The translations under genes and the position numbers were made by a program. From Pelomyxa schiedti (taxonomy: Eukaryota; Protista; Evosea), in the NCBI GenBank assembly GCA_020536535.1, contig JAHLWZ010000123.1, positions 1 through 64,000 of the forward strand: 64,000 bases of DNA, given 5' to 3'. Positions 1 to 11,900 of the stretch are shown here, one piece after another (within the stretch, counting starts at the first letter, position 1; each line of letters starts with the position of its first letter). A model generated the notes under the pieces. It worked only from the letters and a program-made list of their open reading frames with translations, made no database searches and was not told the DNA's origin.

Positions 1-3000
1 AGATGCCTCTGTCGGACCATAAAGGTTGTAGAGCTCAACACTTGGGAATGTTTTGCGAAACAGATCAACAGTGTCAAACGACAAAGCCTCACCCCCACAA
101 AAAACCAGATTCAGAGAAGAGCATAATTCTGTAATATGTGCGTTTACCATCTTCAAGAAGTAATCCATCATTGTGGGGATAAAGATACAGGATGTGACAT
201 TTTCTCTATGTATCAGAAGAGCAAGAGCTTCTGGATCTCTGTGAGCTCCAGGTGGTGCCATGATCACAGATGCACCAACTGCAAGTGGCCACATGAACAT
301 AATTGTAGAAGCATCAAAGAAGAAAGGGAACTGAAGCAAAAAGCGCTCCGTTTGGAGGAGTGGAAAAGAGTCTCGGAGCCATGTAACAAGGTTACTTGTA
401 CCGCGATGTACGTTTACTACAGCTTTTGGAACACCAGTGGATCCAGAAGTGAAGATCGCATATGAAGCTTCAAGCCCAGTGGCAGGACGCCAGTTTTGAG
501 GGACACAACTCACGGGGAAACCACTCCAAAGGCCCTTGTCTGAGTCCAGGGCAATCACTTTCCACTGTGTATTGTATTCATATAACTTCATTTTAAGTGA
601 CTGTGAGGAACAAGACAGAAGAATCAAAGAAGGAGAAAGGTCACGAACTGCAGAAACCAGCCTCTCTTCAGGCCACTCTGGATCCAGCGGAACGTATGCA
701 CCACCGGCTTTGAGGATTCCATACACTCCAAGGAGTGTCTCAGGGAGTCTCTCAGCCACAATCGGGACAAGGGTGTCAACACCAACTCCCAAAGTTCTCA
801 AGTAATGTGCGAGCTGGTTGGACATCTCGTTCAGCTGTTTGTATGTCATTGCCACTTCTTCAAAGACAAGGGCAACAGCATCTGGCGTTTTCTGTGCTTG
901 TTCTTCAAACATGACTTGAACGGCTTTGTTCTCATTTTCTCCAAACCGTCCCGTGTCAGTTTCTGTGGAATTCCATTTCACCAGCTGTTTTTGGCGGTCC
1001 TCTGCTGGAATGCAATCAACATCCTTAACTTGTGTAGACTTCAACGGAAGGCTGATGATACTTGAGAGAAGTTGCTCAAAGCAGGCTGCAATTTTTTTTA
1101 CTGTTTCAAATCCAACAATTTCCTTGTTGTAGTCAAATCTTATGTGCAGACGGTTCAGTGACATGGGGAATATCACAACAGCGAGAGGGAAATTCGTTTG
1201 CTGTAAATAATAGAAGTGTTCAAGTGTTAAACTTGAAAGTGGCCCAGAGAGACTGCCAACATTACCGCTGGCTCCACCATATATCTGTTGCAATAGGTTA
1301 TCTTCGATTGGAAAATTGTCATAGACAATAATTGTATTGAACAATGGTTGGGAAGCTGTATTGGAGAGGTGTTTCTGGTTCCAGTATTGATGTGCAAGAT
1401 CAGCAAGAGGAATGAAACAGTAATGAGCTACATCGTTTATTAAGTGTTTGTGAAGTTTAAGAAGACACTCCTCAATCATTTGGTCATGGTTGATTTCTAA
1501 TACAACTGGGAGCGTAGTGGCAAACAAGCCAACACCTTGCTCAATTCCAGTCACTTCAGCAGGTCTTCCAGAACCAACAGTACCGAATACAACTTTGTTC
1601 GAGTCCTTATTGCACTTAGACAGGAGAACACCCCACACAAGCTGCAACACAACATTTGGTGTTGTTCCTGCTTTACGTGCATACTGCCCTAGTCGGTCCA
1701 CCATAGCCGCGTTAAGTTCTATGCCATGACTTTCAGTGTGAGTTTCAGCTTTTTGTACTTTCGTGGTAAGGGTTACAGATGCGCTTGCACTAGCTTCACA
1801 GAAGGGGATCGGGGTTGGCTCTGTGAAACCGTCGAGGAGCTTCAGCCAGAAGTCTTTTCCTTCTTTTTGGTCCTGTGACTGCAACCACCGCATGTACTTA
1901 GAGAGGAGATCGTTNNNNNNNNNNNNNNNNNNNNNNNNNNNNNNNNNNNNNNNNNNNNNNNNNNNNNNNNNNNNNNNNNNNNNNNNNNNNNNNNNNNNNN
2001 NNNNNNNNNNNNNNCTTCACAGAAGGGGATCGGGGTTGGCTCTGTGAAACCGTCGAGGAGCTTCAGCCAGAAGTCTTTTCCTTCTTTTTGGTCCTGTGAC
2101 TGCAACCACCGCATGTACTTAGAGAGGAGATCGTTGTCGTCTTCAGTGATTTGTTGGGCACCATGTGGCTTAGTGAGGATTCTGGCGTACTTCTCGTGAA
2201 CCTCTCGGAGGATGTTGCCGTAGCTCCAGCCATCCAATATGACGTGATGGACATTCCAGACGAACGCAGTGCGATCCGAGCCGAGGTTGACGAGGCTGCA
2301 TCGCATGAGACTTGGACGGTCAAGGTTATAGCTCTCCTGCCTTTCTTTAGTGAGGAAGTTTGTTAGCTTTGATTCCCAGGAGCCATCATTGGGAGTTGAA
2401 GAGGACAGGTCCACCTCTCTCCAGTCAAGTGTGCAGTGCTTGTGGACAACCTGCACGCACCCACCAAGGTCATTCAACCCTTCCTCAAGAAGTGCAAATG
2501 ACGTGCGTAAAGCAGTGTGGCATGATACAACCTCTTGCCATGCCTGCTTCAGAGCACTTGGGAAAAGCTTGCCAGTGTACGTCCAACACTGTTGAATGAG
2601 GTAAAGGCCTGGCTCAATCAACTCGTGAAACAGAAGTCCACCCTGCAAAGGTGTCAAGCTGAAAATGTTTTCAATATTCTCTGCTTTCCCCAACTTGTCA
2701 AGGAAGTACTGAGGGACTTTGGACAGAGGGAAATCTGATATTGTAAAGCAACCATTCCTGGGGTTAGTGCAGTGTGCAATCACCTTGGAGAGGGACTCTT
2801 TGTAACTTTGTGCCAATTTGTGGATGGAGTCCCTGTTGTAGGAGCGGTCAGAGAACCTGAAGCTAACTGACAAGCAGCCTCCAACAACAACCGCTGTCAC
2901 ATTTAGGGTGTCTTGGAAGTGGCACTCATTTTCTTTTGCTACATCAGCCTCATCACCACTCCCAAGGATGTTGTGGGAATCCTCTCCCTCAGTGTCGCCA

Positions 3001-6000
3001 AAGACACCTAGATAATTGAAGGAGAGTGCAGGGAACGAGTCCAAAGACTTTAGCTTCGAAACCAAGGAGTCTTTCTGACTGAAGTAGCGTAGGACACCAT
3101 AGCCAAGTCCCTTGTCTGGTATTGTATGAAGCTGATCCTTGACACATTTGATCAATTCCTCCACCTCGTTTGTAATAGCCGATGCTGCAGGACCGTCACT
3201 CTTCTTCACGGACAAATATACAGGGAACATTGTCGTGAACCATCCCACAGTCCTTGCCACATCAACAGCAACAACATCTTCCTGCCTTCCAAAACCTTCC
3301 AGGTGAAGGAGCAATCCAGTCACATCCCGCCAGGTTTTAACAGCTAGCATAAGAGATGCCAGAAGCAAATCGTTAATTTCTGTATGGTATGCCTGGTGTG
3401 CATTGGTTAAAATGCATGTGGTTTCACTCTTGGTGAGGGAAATGTCCTCTTGCTCGAAAATGCCCAATGTTGGGGTTCCACTCTTCTCCACTACCTTGTC
3501 CACAGGGAGGTGGCTGCCCAAGTGGGCTCTGTCGGCAACATTCATCCAGTAATCCCATTGTGTCTCCTCAATAGCAGGGAGGTACTTTGTCACCAGCATC
3601 TCACCCCACACATTGAAAGGGCTTGTCTTTGGAGGGAGATGCAGTGGTGGAACTTCACTGCCAGTTGCTGCAGGAGGTGACCGGGTGAGTTGGTTGTGCA
3701 GGCTGATTATGTCTTCCTGCAAAATGCGCCAAGAGAAGGTGTCCACAGCCAAGTGGTGAATCACAACAAAGAGCAGAGGTTGTCTGATCCCAGCACCTGT
3801 GAAAAGTTCTGCACGCATAATTGGACCGTTCTTTATATCGAGGCTTGACTGTAGTTCCGAGGTGCGTGTCATGATGACAGCTTCTTTTGATCCCTCCTGC
3901 TCCACAACAGTGTGCCCAACGAGTGCTTCCGTGCCCTCCATGCTCAGTGCCTCTGACAAGGTGCAGTATTCTTGCAAGACCTGCCCACTTGATGAGTCCA
4001 CTCGGTATCTCAGTCGCAGCGAGTCGTGGTGCCCAACAATGAACTGCATTATTCTTTCCATGTGCAATGTTGCATCCTGTGTGGGCATTTTTATGAAAAC
4101 TGACTGGTTGAAGTGGTTTGGTGAAGGCATCCGCTTTTCAAAGAACCACCTCTGTATTGGTGTGAGACTGGCNNNNNNNNNNNNNNNNNNNNNNNNNNNN
4201 NNNNNNNNNNNNNNNNNNNNNNNNNNNNNNNNNNNNNNNNNNNNNNNNNNNNNNNNNNNNNNNNNNNNNNNNTTCTTTCCATGTGCAATGTTGCATCCTG
4301 TGTGGGCATTTTTATGAAAACTGACTGGTTGAAGTGGTTTGGTGAAGGCATCCGCTTTTCAAAGAACCACCTCTGTATTGGTGTGAGACTGGCTTGTCCA
4401 TTTGTGTCTTGCCCTGGTTGCAATTCCTTTAATGCTTTACTTTGTGCTACTTGTGCCAAGGCAGCAATTGTTGGGGTGTTGAACAGATCCTGCAGCGTGA
4501 CCTGTAGGCCCTGTGCTCTCAGTTTCGCTATGAATTGTAGTGCCAAAATGGAATCACCTCCAGAGAAGAAGAAATTGGAATGGAGGCCGACCTCTGATGG
4601 GTGGGCATTGAGCAAGTTACTCCACAATGCAAGTATGATAGATTCCTCTTGAGTGAGGTTTTGCATGGCCCCATCACTCACACGGGTATGATTTTCCCCA
4701 GCAGGAGGCAAAGCCATAAGTGCCTTCCGGTCAAGCTTGCTGTTGGGTAAAAGAGGCATTGCTTCTAAGAAAGTAAAAGTTCTGGGTACCATGTATATGG
4801 GCAACTTGGTTCCTAAGTATTCACGCAGTACCGTAGAGTCTGGTTTATGGGCGACTCCTACAACCACATAAGCAGCAAGGTATTTTCTTCCAGGTCTATC
4901 CTCACGAAGGACAATGCACGCCTGTGCTACAGATAGATGGGATCTCAAAACTGCTTCTACTTCACCTGGTTCAATCCTGAAGCCATGTAGTTTTACCTGA
5001 AAGTCCGCTCTTCCCAAAAATTCTATTGCACCACCTTCCCTATATCGGCCTAGATCCCCAGTTCGGTACATATTTCCTGGTCCGTATGGGTTCTTCACAA
5101 ATCTCTCTGCTGTCATTTCTGGACGATTCAGGTAGCCTCTTCCAACACAGATACCAGTAATGCAAATCTCACCAGCACACCCAGAAGGCATGAGTTGTTG
5201 TGCCCCATCAAGTAAGTAAACCTTAACATTGCTCATTGGTGTTCCAACTGGTGACACATGCAGAATTTTGGAGAATTTTTCCAGCCCAGGCTCTGTGCAG
5301 TCCCAAATGCAAACATCATCTGATGTTTCCGTAGGACCTTTTTCCCCCCACCAAAAGAAAAATCTTATTCATATTGCAAACTTAAAGAAATTTCTCTCAT
5401 TGAAGGGTGGGGAGCATACCATAAAGATTAAACAGTTGAGCACTTGATTTAAAAAGGCTGTGAAAGGTTCTCACTGTGTCAAGCATTAATGCTTCTGCAT
5501 TACTTATAACAACACGAAGAGAGCGGCATTGTCTCGCTACATCGGGCACTAATAAAAATTGGTCCATAAGAGAAGGAACAAACTGGATGGCAGTTATCCG
5601 TTGTTGCTGAACAAAGGAAGCTAGTTTTTCAGGATCCCGTGGGGCTTCAACAGGGGCAAGAACAACACAGGCACCAACAATGAGTGGCAACATGAATTCA
5701 AGAAGGGAGGCATCAAAAAATAGAGGGGTCTGAGAACAAACGCGGTCTATGTGAGAAATCTTGAATTTGTTTCTCAGGCAAAGGATATAATTAGTGGTTC
5801 CTTCATGCATATTTATTGCTGCCTTTGGCCTTCCAGTAGAACCAGAGGTGAATATTGCGTATGATGCTGTCTTGCCTGTCACTGATACTGTGAGATTGGA
5901 CAGGCATTCTGGAGATTCATTGCCCCACACTCCTTTTCCTTCAGAGTCAAGAGAGAGTATGGTGAGTTGTGATAAAGCTGAAGCTCCAAGTGCCGCTTCG

Positions 6001-8311
6001 AGCTTCATAAGCATTAGGTGAGATGATAAAATCACAATTGAAGCTCCAATATCGCTTAGAGAGGATGCCAGCCTATCAGGTGCCGAGTCAGGATCTAGAG
6101 GGACATAGGCCCCACCTGCTTTCATAATACCATAGACGGCTATCACCATTTCAATGGATCTGTCAGAAATAACTGGCACAAATGAGTTGGGCCCTATCCC
6201 AGCTGAATGCAGAAAGTGAGCTAACTGGTTAGAAATCTGATTGAGCTCGTTATAAGTAAAGCTAATATTGTCATTGAAAATTGCTGGTGCGTTAGGGGTA
6301 CGAGCCACTTGCTCTTCAAATAGGACATGAATAGGCTTAAACTGGCCCTCTCCAAATCGTAGTGCCTCCATGTCACCAGTGTTGTTCCATTCAATAAGTT
6401 GCCTTTGTATCTCTTCCGAGCAAAGTAACGGGAGATTTCTAACGGAACGGTCAGGATAGTCAACAACTGCATTGGCAAGTGTTTCCATGTTCTTTGCCAG
6501 CATTGCGATTGTGGAGTCATTGAAAATATCCTTTGTGTATTCAAATTTCAAGCAAACATCTCCAACTTGACAACCAGTAAGAGCACTGGTGTCATCTGCA
6601 GGCCATGCTGCAAGAGTCAAATCGAATGTCGTAAATGGATTATAAGGCCCGTGATCCTGAACGACACTTTTCACACCTTTCATTGATGAGAATGCTCTGG
6701 ATGTATGGAAATCACTCCAGGAAAATAAAACTTGCACCAAAGGTTCCCTATCCATATTCCTTTCAACTTGAAGATGTTCTACTAACAGCACAAAAGGTAT
6801 TTCTTGCATTTCAAGAGCTTGATGAACTTTTTCCTTTACTTGCTGGACTGCTACAGAAAAGTCCTTGTTATCATCAGCTACCAGTTTGATTGGAAGGACA
6901 TTTTCACAAGGTCCCACCACCCCTTCCACACCACTTAAGAGGTTCCGTCGATTTCCAACAGGAACACCAACAACAACAACTCTATCTTCTCCTTCCCCCT
7001 TCACCAAACTCTTATGGGTTGCATACCGATGAAGCAGCACCTGAAACAGAGTCAAAAGGGTAACGAAGAGTGTTGTACCATTTCTCCTCCCCAGCATTTT
7101 TAATTTACCAACTACTTGCTGTTGTAGTCTCCAACAACAACAACCAGTATCATATGATCTCCCACCAATCACCATATTGCGAGGAACATCCAGTGGCAGT
7201 TCAATTACATCTGGAATGCCAATAACTTCACTTTTCCAGTAATCAAGTTGGGAATCAAAAGAGTCTCCCTCTGACCATTCTCTTTGCCATCGTGTGAAAT
7301 CCGCATATTGTAGTGGAAGTGGCTGTGAAGTAATGCTTGGAGGTCCGTTGTCCGTCAAAACACAGCTGTTGTAAAACATAACAACATCCCTCATGATCAA
7401 ATGAAAAGACCAGGGATCAGATACAATGTTGTGGATCCGCACAAGCAATGTAATGTGTTCTCCACATTTGTAGATACGCACACGCATTAAAGGGCCTTTA
7501 GAAAGATCAAAAGGCTTACGAAGTTCACCTTCAATTTTGGATTTTATCACAGTATTGCATTCCAGTGAAAATCGTGTTGAAACTTGTTCCACTACTATGA
7601 TATCTTCTGTTGCTTTGGCATTTAATTCAGTCAAAACTTGATGTGGAATGCCATTCGATCCTGCATGAAACACAGTTCTCAATGCTCCATTTTTCTCGAT
7701 GACAGATAAAAAAGCACTTCGAAGTGCAGAAATATCAATGGTTCCCTCCAGCTTCACAACCATGAAAGATGTGTACTGAACAGCACCCGGGGTGAGCTGG
7801 TCGAGAAACCACAATCGCTGTTGCGGGTAAGATAGGGGGAGGTCGGCTTGGCCTTGCAGTTGTGCCTGTTGTAGCGCTGGAGGTCTTTTCGGTGTGGGTT
7901 CTTGGAGCAACTGAAGCAAGCCACAAAAAACACTGCCGACCGTTTCGCGTCTCATCAGATATGACACCGACACACTAACCCCCAAGTCTCTGTCAAGGTA
8001 CTTTGACATGGCCATGAACATTGCCGAATTGAATCCCAACGACACCAGTGAATGCTGCCTGGCATCGCCGCTCTCCTCTGACCACCACCCTTCCTCTTCC
8101 ACGTGGTTGTCGTAGTCATCGGAGACTTGTAGGAGGCACTTCACCAAGCATGCAAAGTATTCCCAAAGAACAGTTTGGGGCAGAGCGGCGGCACCAGAAC
8201 TAACAATAGCTCGCACTTTGGCGGAGAGCTCATCAAACTGACGAGCTGTGTGCGATCTGGAAGGGGACGAAGAAAGTGACTCTCCCAATGAAAACCCCAC
8301 GTACTCGTAGC
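1..8311 (-). CDS. Multimodular non-ribosomal peptide synthetase (T-C-A-T-E-C-A..., runs off the window edge; 5' end uncertain)
   Basis: Carrier LVSLGFNS (~8025). C1 has LSYPQQRLWFLDQL and HNIVSDPWS. A1 has YAIFTSGSTGRPKA, FDAS, NLYG^PTE, GEICITG..VGRGYLNRP, YRTGDLG, GRADFQVKLHGFRIEPGEVE and NSKLDR. T2 has FFFSGGDSI. E has LTPIQRWFF, HHLAVD, EGFGRQE, RTVGWFT and FNYLG. C2 has LTPLQGGLLFH, HHVILDGWS and SGRPAEVTGIEQGVGLF. A2 (read by hand, ~920 to 1) has LKAGGAYVPLDP, YAIFTSGSTGVPKA and NLYGPTEAS. The frame is continuous once intron 5338-5419 and the gap duplications are removed. A likely acceptor (cctag) just above 8311 implies an upstream exon that I could not resolve. Confidence 0.95.
1794..2135. 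repeat. Exact 121-nt duplication flanking a 100-N scaffold gap (1794-1914 = 2015-2135)
   Basis: Identical sequence cttcacagaagggg...gagatcgtt on both sides of the gap; an assembly overlap. Confidence 0.93.
4052..4393. repeat. Exact 121-nt duplication flanking a 100-N scaffold gap (4052-4172 = 4273-4393)
   Basis: Identical sequence ttctttccatgtgc...gagactggc on both sides of the gap. Confidence 0.93.
5338..5419 (-). other. 82-nt GT-AG spliceosomal intron in the NRPS A1 domain
   Basis: Minus strand reads tat g|gtatgc...gggaaaaag|gt cct acg gaa; splicing restores the conserved NLYGPTE (A5) motif. Confidence 0.92.
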
Positions 8312-8937
8312 CTAGGAATAGAGTTCATTGGTTGTTTATAGCATTTAAAAAAAAAAAAAGACAAGTTACGAAGGGTAAAACAACCGCTTCCAAATACATT
8401 AGACCGCGTATACGTAGTTGCGTAACTAAGAAACACCAACAACAATCAAAGAAAACAACCTCCGCTCATCTCGTTTATCGTCGGGACCGCACAAGCGCTG
8501 TTTTATTTTTTATCCAGAAAGTTTTTTTCCCTTTTCCTAAGATGTGCTCACACTCATCGGCTGTTATTTTATTTTTATCGCAATTTCGGAAAAACAGCAA
8601 CACTGATTTCCATAGTACATACTTCGGAATCGGAACCGCCCCGGCACAAGTGTTTCGTGGTCTTACAAGAACCTCCTTTGGTTGCAAGAAAGAACATCAC
8701 CGATCCGCGGACCCAGAAGGAAGGTGTGCAATTGACTCTTTCCCCAGGGGCATTCAGTTAGGACACTCCCCACCCTTCTCCCATTCGGATCTCGTTTCGC
8801 AAGCTTCTTTTGTGGCGAGTGATTGGGCTGCGTTGGGCATCATCAGGAAGACCAACCTTCTTTTTTTAATTTCTTATTCCGGCGCAGTTGCACGCGTAAT
8901 AAGTCTCGCCTCGCCCTTTGCACAGCGATACCGTACA

Positions 8938-11900
8938 ATGCACAAGCCACAACGGGGCAACATCGGCCGCAACGCCGCCGCCAGCCCGGCACGTAGCTCC
9001 TTCCAGCCACGGCCCACGCCCACCAGGAGCCCAAGGGGAGCCTCCTCGTCCCCGTACGGCAAATACAACAGCACCACGCGCAGGTACCCCGCCACTCGTG
9101 ACTACAGGGACGACGGCGGCGGCGAGGACGACGAAGAGGACGAGGAGGCGGGGGAGGGACCAGAGGCGTCGCGGAAACGCAAGACCCCGTCGTTCAGGGC
9201 GCCGCGGGGGTCGCCGGCGGGGCCGGGCCTGGGACGGCGGCAGCAGCAGCAGCAGCAGCGCGGCGGCCTCCTTGGGAGGAAATACGACGCCGCGGACACG
9301 GGACGACGGCACTTCAAAAGGGAGCAGGAGGAGGAGGAGAAAGATGGGCAGTACGAGGAGGACGGCGACGAGGAGCTGGGCAGCGACGGCGACTACGAGG
9401 AGGAGGAGGAAGAAGAAGAAGACTATGAGGGCGAAGACGGGGAGGGGGATGAAAATGACGCCGTGGACGAGGACGGGGAAGGGGAAGAAGACGCAATGGC
9501 AGACGATGAGGAAGGCACAGGGAGGGGGGAGGCAGAGGGCACAAGAGGGGGGCGGGGCGGGGGCGGGGCAGCGCGAGGCGCGGGGGCAGGGGGTGGCCGC
9601 GGCGGCCGGGGGGCTGCTGCCTCTGGGTCTGGCTCTTCTCGGACTATGAACAACGCGGCGGATGCTCACTTTAGGGAGTTTATGGATGCACGTACACGCT
9701 CTCTTTTTGTCGCCCGGACATTTGTCAAATGACACCCTCGAGAACGCACCACCTTTTTCATTTTTGAACTTCTTCCCCCTTCAGAACCCAAACAACTAAT
9801 ATCTGTCTCTATTTCTTCTTCTTTTGTGATTCAACAGCTGTTCTGGAAGTTGACAGAGAAAAAGGCCGATCCCGTTTCCGCAGCCTATGAAATGGGGCAA
9901 TTTCTATCTGTCGAGCAAGCACACCATCAGGAGGGCGAAATCTGGGAAGATGGTTGTGATAACGCAATAACAACTCTTGACCTGACACAAATATTACAGG
10001 GCTTTGCCCGGACATGTGCTATGCCATATCCAGACTGCTAAAAGGACTTGGCTCAGATTCCCCAAAAGCTGTAAAAGGGTTCCTGCTGTGCTTTGTTCAT
10101 GTAAGTTTTGCCAAAGGTATAACAATACAATTACCCTCCCCCTAGTTGCTGGAAATCTTTCCCTGTATTACCATTGACTTTTTACTGAAGAGACTAAGAA
10201 AGATCTTCCCAGAAACAGTGTGTCACTTGTACACAAGAGGACGAAGAAAAGATGGCTAAGTCTTTTTTTATAGAAAGGATACAGTGAAAACAGAAGAGGC
10301 TTTATTTATGCCATCCATGGCCTATTAAAAGCACGGAAGTTTGCATCTCCTCTACCCAGCAAGTTAAGGCTGGTGTACTTGGATGGAAGAAGTGAATTAG
10401 GCTACTCTGCGTGCCTTGGTATTATCAATCAGGTGTGGCAATAGTATTTAATAGTTCTCTTTTGTTGTATTATTATGCAGACCCAGCAAGTTTTAATTAG
10501 GCAATGTGCAGGTTCCAGAATCTTCGAAGGAATTTTTGTTCAGTAGCTTTTCCCATGTTTTGAAAGACAGAATTGCATATTGGAATGAGCGCACTCTCGT
10601 CCTTGCAATCTCTATAGAATACAAAACAAAGGTTAACAAAAAAAAAAAAGAAATAAGACTCATTACCTCACAGATTCTTGCTTCTACTATCAACACTGAA
10701 CTAAAACCACATAGTCTAATCAGTGCTGAAAATTTACCTTTCTTCAAACCTATATTCGATGTATCTAGATTTATCAACATACAAAACCTTTACAAAAGAA
10801 AAGAGATATTTCAAATGGACTGCAGAATTATGCAAACAAATTTTTTCGCAAGCATATACACAACCAAATCCTCCTGCTGTCATACAAGTTTTGTGGTCTT
10901 ATATTATTCATTGTGGGTACACTGATTTTCTTCCTTTCCATCTTCCTCGTCTAATACTCATTAGCTCCACACCAACCAGAGCTTAAGGTGCAGTCAGATT
11001 TGATGACAGGAATTTTCTCCCATATGGACCGACAAACACTCTACACAATGTCCGAGCATATCCACCTACACCCTTTTTTCCGTATTCTTTATTCTAAAAG
11101 CGAGACAGACAACGAGCATGTACAGTTTTTGGTGTGTTGCGTTGCTTAATATGGAGATCCTCCTAGTTGTTAATTAATGCTATCAGATCAATTTCCTTAT
11201 GTCTCTCGATGACCAAGTGGGATTTATGAAAGCTGTTGCCCTTGGCTCTGCAAACAACCCAAGGTCTCACTGATTTTATCCCTCTTACTTACACGGCACT
11301 TATTGACTTAAAGCTCTCCACAACCAAACTCGGCTTTTTGGGAAAAGTTGTTACTCCAGACAGGAATTTCTTTCAGTGATATTTCTGCAGAGCCCAGTTC
11401 TTTGATTTCCTCTTTGTTGCCTGTTGGCGCCCCAAGGTACCAACTAAGCCAAGCTTCCTCATTTTCACAAATTTTTCAGTCATGTAGATGAGAAATTAAA
11501 TCTAAGAGATATTCAAAATGAGCTGGCTATTTCGATTTGTCTCACACAGGATATGGTACCCTTTCAACCTGTCCTGCACAAGCTATTCCAGTTTTCGTAC
11601 TGTAAGACAAGAGGTGAAGAAATGTGTTCATTACCCACACTCCCCTCCTCACTTGTATCAGATGCAAGTGCAAAAAAAAAGGACCCTCTAGTTCGGAAAA
11701 CCTACACAAGCATTCTGTTTGAATTACTCTGGGTAATGGAGCAGAAAAAAACTTGTATGAACCGATTCCCAACTACTCCATTACTTAATCAAGGAAAAAA
11801 AAGTGGATCCAACTCTGCCACCTTATACACAAATAATTGGAAATATGCTACTAGACAACTATAAAGAGCCAAAGCCTTCCAAGTCAGAATTCGTTCTCTT

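Noticed and set aside
1794-4393. Apparent frameshifts or tandem duplications splitting the NRPS into several ORFs
   Set aside because: They are explained by 121-nt assembly overlaps around the N gaps. The merged sequence reads in frame, so this is not a pseudogene.
1-8311. NRPS as bacterial contamination or endosymbiont DNA
   Set aside because: A GT-AG intron restores a conserved motif, and the sequence from 4273 into the eukaryotic genes has no gap. The parts beyond the gaps are linked by exact overlaps.
8332-8937. N-terminal ~200 aa of the 466-aa ORF
   Set aside because: It starts at a non-ATG codon in AT-rich, promoter-like sequence. Coding-like composition begins at the ATG at 8938.
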